A stretch of DNA of 62,926 nt, the filler included, from Octopus bimaculoides (lineage: Eukaryota), in NCBI RefSeq assembly GCF_001194135.2. It is 8 parts of 7 records of this genome, joined end to end, with 100 filler letters (N's around TTAATTAATTAA, not from the genome) between each part and the next. Parts side by side here need not be neighbours in the genome. Positions count along the whole stretch, not along the records: positions 17,391 to 28,451 come from NC_068998.1; positions 28,552 to 33,354 come from NC_068983.1; positions 33,455 to 42,602 come from NC_068997.1; 5 more parts are not named here. The stretch is one strand, 5' to 3'. Position numbers and translations under genes: made by a program. Below, in pieces: positions 25,828-39,158 of the stretch. Below the pieces are notes generated by a model, which had not been told where the DNA came from, did not search any database, and worked only from the letters and a program-made list of their open reading frames with translations. Each line of letters starts with the position of its first letter. Position 1 is the first letter of the stretch.

Positions 25828-26370
25828 CCATTATCATATTTCAATTCTGTTTCCATTTCTTGCCGAGTGTCTTCCTGACACCTAGAGCAGAGAAATGCAC
25901 TGTATAGGACATTAAAATAAACACACCAGATTGTTTATTTACAAAGTCACGTGATAGAGAAAAATAAAAAAAATAAAAAATAAAAAAGTAAACAAAGAAA
26001 ATAAAGGGTAGAAAAGGAAAGAAATTCACAGCGACAATGCTCTTCTCAGTACGTGTGACATACCAGTTAAGACAATATTTTGCACTTCCTGCATGGATAG
26101 CCAGGGAACATTCTCAAATAATTTTCAGTCCCGTTTTTAATCATTCTAAGTGCTCCTACAATCACTGGTATTATAACCATCTTGAGATGCCACATCTTTT
26201 CAATTTCGATTAGCAAATCTTTATATTTTCTGAGCTTATCAAATTCTTTTGCTGAGATATTTATGGTCACAGGGTATGCTCATATCAATAAAAAAACAGA
26301 CTTTATTGCTTTGGTCTTTCACTACAATATCTGGTTTATTTGCTTTGATGGTCCGGTCTGTACATCATCA
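25134..26370 (-). mobile_element. Stack of 5'-truncated R4/Dong-like LINE 3' ends separated by (TAA)n
   Basis: 25134-25256 is 3' UTR only. 25510-25772 encodes IPIIVGTLGIIKK...QKIALMGTVHILCKTLSIQ* plus the same UTR. 26030-26370 encodes TDRTIKANKPDIVVKD..CFFIDMSIP..ISAKEFDKLRKYKDL, a restriction-like endonuclease domain. A SINE A fragment lies at 25306-25445. Confidence 0.85.
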
Positions 26371-26554
26371 TTTAACAGCTTGCTTACCAACCACATGGTT
26401 CCCAAAGAATCATTACATTTTCTCCCTCAGTTACAGCCTCAGGGTGGTGCTTGTACCATTTGTCAGCAGTTTCAATTTTATAATGCCAACACATTATCAA
26501 ATGTAGATATTGGTCAACTCTGTCATGTTTAAATTTGTACTTTACAGGTGCTAA

Positions 26555-26645
26555 AACCTTCACCCAGAGATTGTGCAGTCTCTGAGCATTGCCAGCTTGT
26601 GGGATTATGTTGAACAGCTGTTGTCACATGTAGGACAAATCCCAA
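26555..26645 (+). mobile_element. Short Tx1/L1-like ORF2 fragment
   Basis: HPEIVQSLSIASLWDYVEQLLSHVGQI parallels the post-zinc-knuckle segment at 44030-44110. Confidence 0.45.
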
Positions 26646-26859
26646 AACCTTTTATGTAAACCCACACACATATTGTAAACTGTCCTTGTAATGGCTCTCT
26701 CATCTGATGCCTTTGTAGCAAAAGAAAGAAATCATTATTATTATTATTATTATTATTTTAGATTTTATTTCATTTTTGTTCTTTTCTTGTTTACAAGATA
26801 TAACATAGAAGATTCTGACTTCACCATCACCATCATCATCATCATCATCATCATCATTT

Positions 26860-27240
26860 AACAGCTTGCTTACCAACCACATGGTTCCAGGTTCAGTCCC
26901 ACTGCGTGGCACCTTGGGCAAGTGTCTTCTACTATAGCCTCGGGCCGACCAAAGCCTTGTGAGTGGATTTGGTACACAGAAACTGAAAGAAGCCCGTCGT
27001 ATATATGTATATGCATATATATGTGTGTGTTTGTGTGTCTGTGTTTGTTCCACCAACTTCGCTTGACAACCGATGCTGGTGTGCTTACATCCCCGTAACT
27101 TAGCGGTTCGGCAAAAGAGACTGATAGAATAAGTACTAGGCTTACAAAGAATAAGTCCTGGGGTCGATTTGCTCGACTAAATGCGGTGCACCAGCATGGC
27201 CACAGTCAAATGACTGAAACAAGTAAAAGAGTAAAGAGTA
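26860..27240 (+). mobile_element. SINE family B, near full length
   Basis: Complete head, core and tail ending GAAACAAGTAAAAGAGTAAAGAG. Confidence 0.9.
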
Positions 27241-27479
27241 TCTGTTTTTCATGCTGTAATGGGTTTGACAATTTGACAGGGGCTGGCTGGGCAGAAGACT
27301 GCACTAAGCTCCACTGTCTGCTTTGGCAGGGTTTTTACAGCTGGATGCCCCTCCCAACACCAACCACCTTACAGAGTGGCGACTTCCACAAGCAAATTAG
27401 AGCCCTTAACTTTGGCTTTTAATATCTACACATCTCTAACATTGTCTACAATATTATTTATTACAAAGGCATTCCTGTA

Positions 27480-28100
27480 CTTTTTTCTTTATGTACCAAG
27501 TTACATTATTTTTGTCATTTAGTGTACATTCTTTACCACCAATTAATTCTTCTCCCTTCTTTCTTAAAGAGTGTATATAGACTAATAACATCCAGCATCA
27601 CTTTTGGGGAATAATGCTCCAAATATGATCATTCTTTTTCAAGTTACATCACTTGAAGATAACACCCACTATACCTCTAACTAACCATAGCCAAAGTCTT
27701 ATTTTTATCATTTCGCTTAGTTCAAAGTAGCAATTTCAGATCTTCTGAAGTATTTCTTTATAAATGCTTCCTTTCTTATAATTTTCCTTATCTTATCTAA
27801 CTCTATAATACCTAGGTATTTATAACCTTCTTCTAAGCCTTAAACCTCTGCTTTATGACTTCATTATCAAGTAATTGTATCCTATCACTTTCCATTATTT
27901 TCCCCTCTATTCATTATCGAGACTCCACACTTTTAATCCCAGATTCCATCTCAGCATCATCATTAAAACCAGTGCACTGTTTGCACTAAGGAGTCTATTT
28001 GATCTCCATTCTTTGCAAACAGCTTCCAGCAATCCATAAATAGATGATTGATTTTTATGCTGCTTGCTTTTCATCATATATCCATCCCTTACTATTGGTT
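27480..28100 (-). mobile_element. Heavily degraded R4/Dong-like RT fragment
   Basis: FNDDAEMESGIK...GKIMESDRIQLLDNEVIK...EEGYKYLGIIELDKI parallels the 12351 ORF. Confidence 0.65.
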
Positions 28101-28411
28101 GTTAGTAAACTTAATGCTATCATAATATCAGAAATAGTTAAAAAGAAACAAAAAAAAAAAACTAAACTTACACATAAATGGGTACATGGTAGCTAATGCT
28201 CAGGAAAAATCCCTCCCATTGATATTAATACTTCCAAAATCTTTACCACAGCAAATTAGTTACCATTTTTTCATCCCCACAAATTCAAATATTCTTCACT
28301 ACTATTAGTTTGGGTTTTTGTTATATTTTCTGCCAACAACTATCATTTCATCCTGATGAAGTTCTACTTTTGGACTATTGGAGACTGAAGAAATCCCTGT
28401 CATCATATGCC

Positions 28412-28451
<40 letters not shown>

Positions 28452-28962
28452 NNNNNNNNNNNNNNNNNNNNNNNNNNNNNNNNNNNNNNNNNNNNTTAAT
28501 TAATTAANNNNNNNNNNNNNNNNNNNNNNNNNNNNNNNNNNNNNNNNNNNNTATATGTGTATGTATACATAAGTATCGGGCTTAAAAAGTAGTGCTGGGG
28601 TCGATTCATTTGACTAAAATTTTTCAACGTGGTGCTCCAGCTTGGTTGCAATCAGTGACTGAAACAAGTAAAAGATAAAAGGCATACGAACCTACGCAAA
28701 TGAGCATACATACATACATACATACATACATACATACGTACACATGTTTTGTTAGTAAATGCTTAAAGAAGAATCTGGATAAACTGGGATTTTCAGAAAG
28801 AGAAATCGACCGGCTGATTCGTATAAGTGCAATCTGTGAGTGGAACAATAAAAATATGCAAGACTTTTCTCAATTCCAAATGTGAATTTGTCTGTGTTAA
28901 CTACATCCCAAACATAGAGCCTTCTATCATGCATACTTACATAATACATACACGGTTGGTGG

Positions 28963-29318
28963 TTGGTTGGCACTCCATCGGTTACGACGACGAGGGTTCC
29001 AGTTGATATAATCAACGGAACAGCGTGTTCGGGAAATTAACGTGCAAGTGGCTGAGCACTCCACAGACACGTGTACCCTTAACGTCGTTCTCGGAGAGAT
29101 TCAGCGTGACACAGTGTGACAAGGCTGGCCCTTTGAAATACAGGTACAACAGAAACAGGAAGAAAGAGTGAGAGAAAGCTGTGATGAAAGAGTACAGCAG
29201 GGTTCCCCTGCCGGAGCCTAGTAGAACCTTAGGTGTTTTCGCTCAATAAACACTCACAACGACCGGTCTGGGAATCGAAACAGTGATCCTACAACCGCGA
29301 GTCCTGCTGCCCTAACCA
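28963..29318 (-). mobile_element. tRNA-derived SINE family C
   Basis: Homologous to the full-length copy at 43405-43795. Confidence 0.85.
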
Positions 29319-29359
29319 CAATACATACATACACACACGTATATACATACATACATACA

Positions 29360-29390
<31 letters not shown>

Positions 29391-29879
29391 CCAATGCTCC
29401 TATCCATTATTCAGTTTAACATCGAAGTATTTAAGATTTTAGGGTGAAAGGTAAGAAATTCTTCATATTTTACAAAATTGGAAACATCTTTTTTTTTTAT
29501 CAGCTGAGATTAAGTCTGTCTGAAAATTTGCTGAAATAGTCTTTGTTTATCTTAAGACTCTTTTTCAAAACGAATAATAATACTTAATTCTTTGCTTTTC
29601 TTTAAAGCATTCTTATTTTATTGTATTTCGGCTAAATATTTATTGTATTTCATTCAAATTAAAATATTTCTTTTCTACTTCAAATTTTAAAGTGCTTCTT
29701 TAATCTTCACTTTTTCCTTCTCTAAAAGGTCTATAAATTGTTAATAATTCAAAAATATGAAATATTATGAAATAACGACATGTTTAAACTGAAGAAAGTG
29801 CTGAAGAAAATTATGGTGGTGTACTTATTCTGAAACTCCGTCTCAGAATAATTGCTTTAAGGTAATGTTTTAATCTTTT

Positions 29880-30215
29880 ACTTATCTCAGTCATGTGACT
29901 GCAGCCATGCTGGGGCACCGCCTTGAAAGGTTCTGGTCGAACAAATCAATCCCAGGATGTATTTTTAAAACCCTAATATTTATTTTATCCGTCTCTGTTG
30001 ATGAACCACTACGTTACGGGGACGTAAACACATCAACACCGGTTGTTAAGCGGTGTCGAGGGGACAAGCACGCACACATACATATACGGCGGCTTTCTTT
30101 TCAGCTTTCGTCTACCAAGACTTTGGTCGGCCCGACGATATAGTAGAAGACACTTGCCCAAGGTGCCACATAGTGGGACTGTACCCGGAACCATGTGGTT
30201 GGGAAGCAAGCTTCT
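29880..30215 (-). mobile_element. SINE family B
   Basis: Reverse complement of the family B head and tail. Confidence 0.8.
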
Positions 30216-31016
30216 TTATTTCAAAATTTTGGCCATTAAAGCCTTACATAGAGGGGACGAACAAGGACAAACAAACAAAGAAACGGCGGGCTGGACACAG
30301 ACATTAATGAAATGGAGATGGATACAAGAAGGATGAATAGAAATGGGAGAGGCAACAGCGCCCGCCGACTGATAACCCCATCGAAGCTTCTTACCACACA
30401 GCCACGCCTTAGAGTATGCATGATGATGGTTGTTAATGAGAATATGAGGATGTAAATAAAAATGCCAAAATAAAAGGAATTTAAGAAAATTATATTTATA
30501 ACCTCTCAAATATTTTACAAATTTCGTCATTTTTAATATGTACATGAAGCCAATAATTCATTCATTCGTTATTCTACACTATGTTATTGTCAACAGCAAA
30601 TGCTCATTCTAAGTCTAACTTCCAGTCAATATGTTTGACTGAAAGAATTTATATATTCCAATAATATTACCGTAAGCTCCATCAAAATTTCTTTAGAAAG
30701 GAAGAAGACCTTGGATAATAGATTCCCAGGTGGACGGCAGCTGAAAAAAAAAAAAAAAAAGAGACTTAATGTCACGGTTAGAAATCTTTGGATCATAAAT
30801 GTGTTCTCAGAAGTCTAGCCTGTGGTTAAATAACTACAGATTCATTAGGTAATCTACAGAGAAGTTTTTACATGGTTGATTGAAATAGATAAAAATGGTA
30901 GCCAAATCTTCCTCAATTCACACTATATCATTTTAAAAGTAAATACTGGTTCGGAGTACACTGTACAGAGGGGCTCACTTGGGGTTAAAATATTGACTTC
31001 ATTATGAGATAAGACG

Positions 31017-32260
31017 TTAAGATGGCGAATCGGGAAAATGCTTAACGGTATTTCGTCCGGCTTTACGTTTTGAGTTCAAATTCCGCCGAGGTCGACTCTA
31101 CCGTTCATCGTTACGGGGACGATAAAACAAGTACCAGTTGAGCACTGGAGTCGATGTAATCGACTGACATCCTCGCTCAAAGTTTGAAACCGTTACTAAA
31201 TGAGACATTAAGGTGGCGAACCGGCGATATCGTTAGCACACTGAACAAAATGCTTAGCGGCATTTCGTCTGTCATTACGTTATTTCGGGGTAGATAAATT
31301 AAGTACCAGTTACGCACTGGGGTCGATGTAATCGACTTAACCCCTTTGTCTGTCCTTGTTTGTCCTCTCTATGTTTAGCCCCTTGTGGGCAATAAAGAAA
31401 TAAGAATCGTTAGCACGCCGAACGAAATGCTTAGCGGTATTTCGTCTGCCGCTACATTCTGAGTTCAAATTCCGCCGAGGTCAACTTTGCCTTTCATCCT
31501 TTCGGGGTAATAAATTAAGTACCAGTTACGCACTGGGGTCGATGTAATNNNNNNNNNNNNNNNNNNNNNNNNNNNNNNNNNNNNNNNNNNNNNNNNNNNN
31601 NNNNNNNNNNNNNNNNNNNNNNNNNNNNNNNNNNNNNNNNNNNNNNNNNNNNNNNNNNNNNNNNNNNNNNNNNNNNNNNNNNNNNNNNNNNNNNNNNNNN
31701 NNNNNNNNNNNNNNNNNNNNNNNNNNNNNNNNNNNNNNNNNNNNNNNNNNNNNNNNNNNNNNNNNNNNNNNNNNNNNNNNNNNNNNNNNNNNNNNNNNNN
31801 NNNNNNNNNNNNNNNNAATCCCTTTGTCTGTCCTTGTTTGTCCCCTCTATATTTAGCCCCTTGTGGGCAATAAAGAAATAAGAATAGTTGCACGCCGGGC
31901 AAAATACATAGCGGCGCATCATTTGTTTTGGGTTCAAATTTCTCCGAGATCACTTTTGCCTTTTATGCTCACGAAGTAGATAGAATAAGTACCAGTTGAG
32001 CACTGGGGGCTGCTGTAATCGACTTATCCCCCACCCCTCCACCATGCTGGCCTTTAGCTAGAACTTGAAAGCAGTAATAATATTTGATTTAAAGGCGGCG
32101 AGCTGGCAGAATCGTTAGCACGCCGAACAAAATATTTAGCGGCATTTCGTCCATCTTTATGTTCTGGGTTCAAATTACGCCGAAGTCGACTTTGCTTTTC
32201 TTTCTTTCGGGGTCGATGAATCGAATAACAGTCAAGCAGTGGGATTCAATTAAACGACTT
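31017..32260 (+). mobile_element. Head-to-tail array of at least five SINE family A units
   Basis: Units start at ~31017, 31210, 31405, 31885 and 32092, with a gap at 31549-31817. Each has an AAATGCTTAGCGG / GAGTTCAAAT / AAGTACCAG core or a variant. Confidence 0.85.
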
Positions 32261-32754
32261 ATCACCTTCTCCGAAAAACTGCTGGTATCAAAATTTGAAA
32301 ATATGATAATCAAGCTTTTAAAGCTAGATGCGTATGATCCTTCGTGCACAAGTAGATGAAGGACGATGGCTGAAATGAATATGATGACCACCAACAAACT
32401 GCAGCCTCAATCCTTATTATAAGCACACGCCTGCACAAGCAGACACTCACACATGCACACGTATAAGGTATATACTTATCGCAATGATCAGCAGTTAACA
32501 GTTCATAGAGCAGTATATATGTGTGTGTGTAAGCAACATTAACAATTTAAAGATTTTCGTGGTGAATTTTGTAGACAAATCAAAAATGGTAATTTGAAAT
32601 ATTTGTAACCAGTTTACTGTTTCCATAATAATTTATAATTATGTGACCTTAATTAAACTTCAAAGGAAATCATACCATCCGTAAATTTTTCCAATACATT
32701 TCTACTGGGAGGTTGATTACTGGAAGAACGTTCGAGTAGGAAAATGCGACGGGT

Positions 32755-32798
<44 letters not shown>

Positions 32799-33607
32799 TA
32801 TATNNNNNNNNNNNNNNNNNNNNNNNNNNNNNNNNNNNNNNNNNNNNNNNNNNNNNNNNNNNNNNNNNNNNNNNNNNNNNNNNNNNNNNNNNNNNNNNNN
32901 NNNNNNNNNNCCCCATATATATATATGTTTGCATGCATTTATGTATGTTCATTTATGTGTCCAAATCGCTAATTTTTACTACTTGTGTCGCTAATAATTA
33001 TTTCTACTATAGGAATAAGGTTTGGAATTTGGGAGGGAAGGTCTAGTCTATTACATCGCCCCCAGTGCTCAACTGATATCTATTTTATCGATCCCAGGAG
33101 AATGAACGGCAAAGTCGACTTAGGTGGACTTTTGAAATGCCGCTAAGCATTTTGTCCTACGTGTGAACGAATTTTTCCTTTGCTCGTAGTGAAGGTATAT
33201 TTATATATGTTTGCATGTGAATGTATGGAGCGGCAAAAAAACGTGTGAAAATGGAGTGTGATCCGTACACATATACTCCCACAACAATACAGATAGGCGA
33301 GAGAGAATGGCAGAAAGAAATTCTGTGTGAACGCCGCGACATAAGTATATATATNNNNNNNNNNNNNNNNNNNNNNNNNNNNNNNNNNNNNNNNNNNNTT
33401 AATTAATTAANNNNNNNNNNNNNNNNNNNNNNNNNNNNNNNNNNNNNNNNNNNNGCAAACCTAAAATGGTTGTATTTTTGCGCGTTTTCCCCTCAAGGAA
33501 ACTGCAAGTTATTAAACTCACAGCGTTCCGCAGATATGCTTGTACGTATGAAAATATACATTTAGATGTATATTTATATGATGTATGTGCTTATGTATCT
33601 GTGTGTG

Positions 33608-33653
<46 letters not shown>

Positions 33654-33720
33654 TGTACATTTATGTATGAATGTGTGCACGTATGTATTTTCTATTTTCT
33701 TTTATAAAGTTCTTCGCCAA

Positions 33721-33918
33721 TTGAGAAAGAGCCGGTTTCTAACCAAGAAACAAGGCTCTTTCTTTGGAATTTTGACAACATTAATGTGACAGCCATGTAC
33801 CCACACACAAGAATGCACACTTGTTAATTCACATATATACACACACAACTCACACATTAATAATGTAAAAATTCCAAAGAAGGCGTTTTTCTTTTGGTTT
33901 AGAAACTGGCTTTCTCAA
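33721..33918. mobile_element. MITE-like element with ~52-bp imperfect terminal inverted repeats
   Basis: TTGAGAAAGAGCCGGTTTCTAACC...TTTGGAATTTT (33721-33773) versus AAAATTCCAAAG...TAGAAACTGGCTTTCTCAA (33867-33918). Confidence 0.65.
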
Positions 33919-36900
33919 CTGGCTAAAAATATATGAAAATACTGAATATATATCAATATATACATACACAAACACACGCAGACATATATGTGTGTATATT
34001 TGTATCAGAAAAAACTATGTACGCAGAGATGCTTAATATGGCGTCGTGTGTGGATCTACACGTATTTGCACAATATATATATATTTGTATATTTTATGCA
34101 TTGTGTATTAGAGACTTAAATTGTGGATGTGTTGCACACTTCCATATTTCGTGTTGGGTGGTGATCAGAGACTTTGTTACATAACTGTATACCCTAATGA
34201 TAATATTTATGATTTTTAAGTTATCATCTGTGTGGTGATTGTGTAAGTTTCTCACTAGTTCGGTAACTATATTTTCGTTTTTTTTTCTTCATTCCATAAT
34301 GTTGAAAATCCGGCTGAAATATCTGATATTTTCCTTTTGTGTACACATCTTATTCTTAGTCCACGATCATGATGTCAACTGTGTTAGGCTTACATTGTTG
34401 AAGGGATTTTGACTATAACTTTTCTCCTCTATAATTTCATGTCTTAACTAAATATGAATTCTGTATCGCTACATCTTCCTATGTATTTTATAACTTATAG
34501 GACTATTCTTTCTAGAACTACTGAATGATCCTTTTCTCCTTCTCAACTATTATTCTGAAATTTGTTGGTCTACTGCTTACGATAGTGATTCCAGTGAGCG
34601 TAAGACGATAATTGTACCTAATCGTTTTCGTTCAGCTATAACCTTTGTGTTCATCGGGTATTTTGCTTTTATTTACTCTACCTAATTTAAAAGAGTATTC
34701 TTTAGAGTTAAACCTGATATATCTATCACCGATCCAGTTAAACAATATTCATTATTTATCATACCATCGCTCTGAAACATTTTTGTCACATAGCAATGCG
34801 TGTTCGGAACGGAACGATTTGGAACGACTGATTGGACATTCAACGTGTTTTGATGATAGTACGTTTTGGCATTATAAGTAAATACACGCGCAAACGTACA
34901 CAAACGCCTAAGTGCATAGAAATATTCACACACAGANNNNNNNNNNCGCGCAAACGTACACAAACGCCTAAGTGCATAGAAATATTCACACACAGAAAGA
35001 GAGAGAGAGAGAGAGAGAGAGAGTTAGAGAGCACGAAATTCATTACAATTTATTAATTGAACTCGAGTGACATAAACTCTTTCCCTCTCTTTCACACATA
35101 AGTAGCAATAGGCTAATATATATAAGCACAGGGAATGAGAAAGAATAAAGGAGCAAGGGCAGAAGGTGAGAAGCCTTAAAATGTCTGAAGTGAAACAAGG
35201 GCAGCGTCGTATCAGTGACGTCAAATGAGCAGTACCATAACAGATGTCCCAATACTTTTCCGTCTGCCGATTAGCAGAAAATCCTTTCACCAGATGTTCT
35301 GTTGACATAGAGCTGTTAAGTTTCTATAAAATGTATATAAGAGACGCTAAGATTTAAGAAAAAAGAAAAAAAAAAACCTAGAAATCTAAACCAAATAAAC
35401 TGATTAACTTTTTCGTTTGACTTCAATTATTTCTATGGACTTATTTTTGGAGAACCAATATATGTAGATCGCCCAGCAAAGGCTCAATGTAAAAGAAATG
35501 TATAACAAGTTTTCCTTTATTTATTTGCTATGACAGCATATTTAAAGCAACTTGAAGTTTAAACCTGAAAGTGATTGACTTCGTAAAATTACGGGGCAAA
35601 CTTGCATGAGTGGAACCTTCATCATTAAACCTAGATTTCGCTCTAAAACACTCTTTGAAAGAAAGCTGAAATACTTTAACTTTAGCGGTCTACATTAATA
35701 TATAAAATTGATTCAGTTGTACATGTCATTACTACCGAGAAGCATATGATAAATATTCGCTCCTGATACTCATCCCTAATATAGTATAAATTTGTTTTAC
35801 GGTCTATCGTTGAAATCTTGATATAGTTCATTTAAACGCGTTGTTTATACTGAACGACATAAGGCTAAGTTAGAAAGGATACGCAATAAAATGTTTTTGA
35901 CCTGTTTAAAAATAATGATTTAATGGAGATAAAATTGCGATGTCTATAACATATATTAGTAATAATCTCATTCGTTCAACTGATTATATTTATGAGAAAT
36001 ATAATAACTAAAATGTTTATGACACACATACATAGGGACAGAGAGATAAGGAGAAAAGGGAAGTCATAGTCAATACTAGAGTATTATGGTATACATATGA
36101 TACATATGCAATTGTATGAGTATATATCTATATACGTATCTATTTATTTAGCTGCGCCTCAACACACACACACATATACATTTATATGAGAGTGTGTGTA
36201 TATGAATATATATATATATATATANNNNNNNNNNNNNNNNNNNNNNNNNNNNNNNNNNNNNNNNNNNNNNNNNNNNNNNNNNNNNNNNNNNNNNNNNNNN
36301 NNNNNNNNNNNNNNNNNNNNNNNNNNNNNNNNNNATATATGTGTATGTATGTATGTATGTATGTATATATTTCTAAATATAATCCAACTCTGATAGTCAT
36401 ATACTAGCTGTACTTTTATCTCTTTAACTGACCTTAAGCACAACCAAATTAATATGAAATAACTGAAATAGAAGAAAATCCAGTCACGATTTCATTTTGA
36501 AGGTGTGTGTGGAGCTTCAGAAGCAGAAGTAAGCACAAGATCAATGTGAAATAAATCGATCCAATGGGTATGGAGACACCAGTGTCGGCTTGGATATATA
36601 AGCTACTCAACAAAGAGAGAATGCTAATTATGGTAAGGTATATAATACGATGGTAAATTGAACATGATCCAGCAGCGATCTCAAAGTATTCTATCTGATG
36701 AAGTGCCGGTTCAAAGCTTCTGCTTGGTCAGTTATTTATTTAATAATCTATGAAATAATTTATGCAATGGTTATGAGACTAAAAACCCAGCAAGTAGCAG
36801 CTGTTACTACTGTACAGATGTGATTGTTGTTCTTTGTAATTAATGCCTGTTTATTCCAAATAAGAGCATTAGACCCTTTTGTAAGAAAGCTAGCGAATGT

Positions 36901-37944
36901 GTACGACAACAAAGACGAAAAACAAATAAACAGAAAAAAAGGAGAACATGGTACACAATTACAAATACAAACAACATGAAATAACAACAGACGTCTTTCG
37001 ACTGAGAACGAATCAAATAGAGCTGGCGTGTATGAAGTGAAAACCTGAAGGCAGAAACATGCGAGAGGGACACAAGAATTCCATACCCTCTTGCAGCTGC
37101 TATGTAAGTTAGTTTAAAAGTAACAAAAGTTTTCGGGTAAAAAACTGCGATGTAAAATATGAATGAGTGGAAAGAGAATATTTTATTTACTGTCAATCTG
37201 TAAAATTATTTTTGAAAGTACAATGTAGATTACTTACACGAAATGCGTGGCTATAAGCCATGTTCTAACAGAAGATTTAAGGCGAGCCAAGTTTCAATAA
37301 TCATAGAAAACATGCGTAAACTTGGTTATTCCGGCTGAGTAGAGCTGATGTCTGCATTATACATTGTAGTGGCTATAGAAAGAAATATGTTAACGCGACA
37401 AGTATCCCTTGAGATATGTAAATAACACACACTGATGGACAGATAGCAAGCATCCACAGCGTCACCAATGTATAAAAAAAAATATAAACAAAAAACAAAA
37501 GAAACAGTGAAAGAAAAACCGTATCAACAGGGCCATGATTATTATGCTAATCAGATAAGAGACAGAGTGAAACAAACGAAATCTATCTTTAAATAAATTA
37601 CGGGATGAGACGCAATGTTATCAGAGAATAAGGGGAATAGTTCAAGATATGCTGTTTTATTCTGCCGATGTGAATAATCTGCACGATTATTGGTGAAAGT
37701 GTTTGATACTATTCAATAGATGGCCAAACTTAAGTTTTTAAAAGCTGTATGTGGCAGAATCGTTTTTCTCATATGTCCTAGCTCTGTTTACATCCTTGTG
37801 AGTTTTATTCCGCCCCACTTCTTTATTCGTTTATATGGGTACCGATTAAATAATGATAGTGGTATACAATAAACTGATCTCCTTTTACCCCAGATTGTGC
37901 ATAATTATCTAATCAAATTTGAAATATTTAATAACCGTCTGAAA

Positions 37945-38185
37945 GTTGTTGGCACTCCCTCGCTTACGACGTCGAGGGTTCTAGTTGATCCGATCAACAG
38001 AACAGCCTGCTCGTGAAATTAACGTGCAAGTGGCTGAGCACTCCACAGACACGTGTACCCTTAACGTAGTTCTCGGGGATAATCAGCGTGACACAATGTG
38101 ACAAGGCTGACCCTTTGAATTACAGGCACAACAGAAAGTTGTGGTGAAAGTGTACAGCGGGGTTCGCCACCATCTCCTGCCGGAG
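37945..38185 (-). mobile_element. SINE family C, 5'-truncated
   Basis: GTTGTTGGCACTCC..GCTTACGACGTCGAGGGTT...TTAACGTGCAAGTGGCTGAGCACTCC, as in the other copies. Confidence 0.85.
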
Positions 38186-39124
38186 TATATATACATGTAG
38201 ATGTAGGCATGTACATACATGCACGTATATATGCATATACTCACATATTATTTGTATTATGTATGTATGTATGTATGTATGTATGTATGTATGAATAACG
38301 CTCCATTATTTTATCTATTAAAATGAACCTCTAGAGGATATCATCCTTTTTCAGTTTCTCCCCCAAAGACGCTTCTCTTTCGAAGGCGGCGAGCTGGACA
38401 CTGGACAAGATGCTTAATAGCCTTTCGTCAGTCTCTACGTTGTGAGTTCAAATTCCGCAGAGGTCAACTTTACCTTTCATCCTTCCAGGATTGTTGTAAT
38501 AAGTACCTTTTGGTCTTTGGGGACGATATAATCGATTACACTGCTCTGCTAGTAAATTTTTTAAAAAATAGTGATGATATATGCTCTGTTATTCTCTCTG
38601 TCATTCTCTTTCTTTTGCTCAGTATAATCGTCTGTATTAATAATCAGCTCTCCGTAAATCTTTTACTTTTTTCACATAATCTAATTAACTTCTGTATTCT
38701 AGGGTACTATCATTCTTGTTTCCACCCCTTTCTGTCTCTTCCTCTCCGATTCTTCCACCCTTCTTTATCAATATTTTGCTCTCTGCTCGCCTGACTTTCT
38801 GTCTTACTAATAATCACGAATGTGTAACCATGGCTTTTACATGTCGCTTCCTCGATCGCTCTCAACCAAATTCAAAACTGTTTGTTTATCTAGCCTAACA
38901 TCAAATTATGATTACCCTCACCCCCATCCTTTTCTGACACCTCTCGCAACACAACCACTACTTTCATATTCAACCTTTGAACGGATTGACAGAAGCAAGG
39001 AAATCATTGCCAAAAGGGATGACACGGACTTGCACTATTGCAACATGCATAAATGCTACATAAATACGACATACATGTATATATTACATACATACACACA
39101 AACAGACATGCATACATACATACA

Positions 39125-39158
<34 letters not shown>

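Noticed and set aside
34887-34996. Exact 50-bp direct repeat
   Set aside because: It flanks a 10-N gap, the typical signature of an unmerged contig overlap.
37237-37372. Minus-strand segment with a good acceptor and a GTAAGT donor (a similar case at ~16017-16119)
   Set aside because: All three frames contain stops. A non-coding exon is possible but unsupported.
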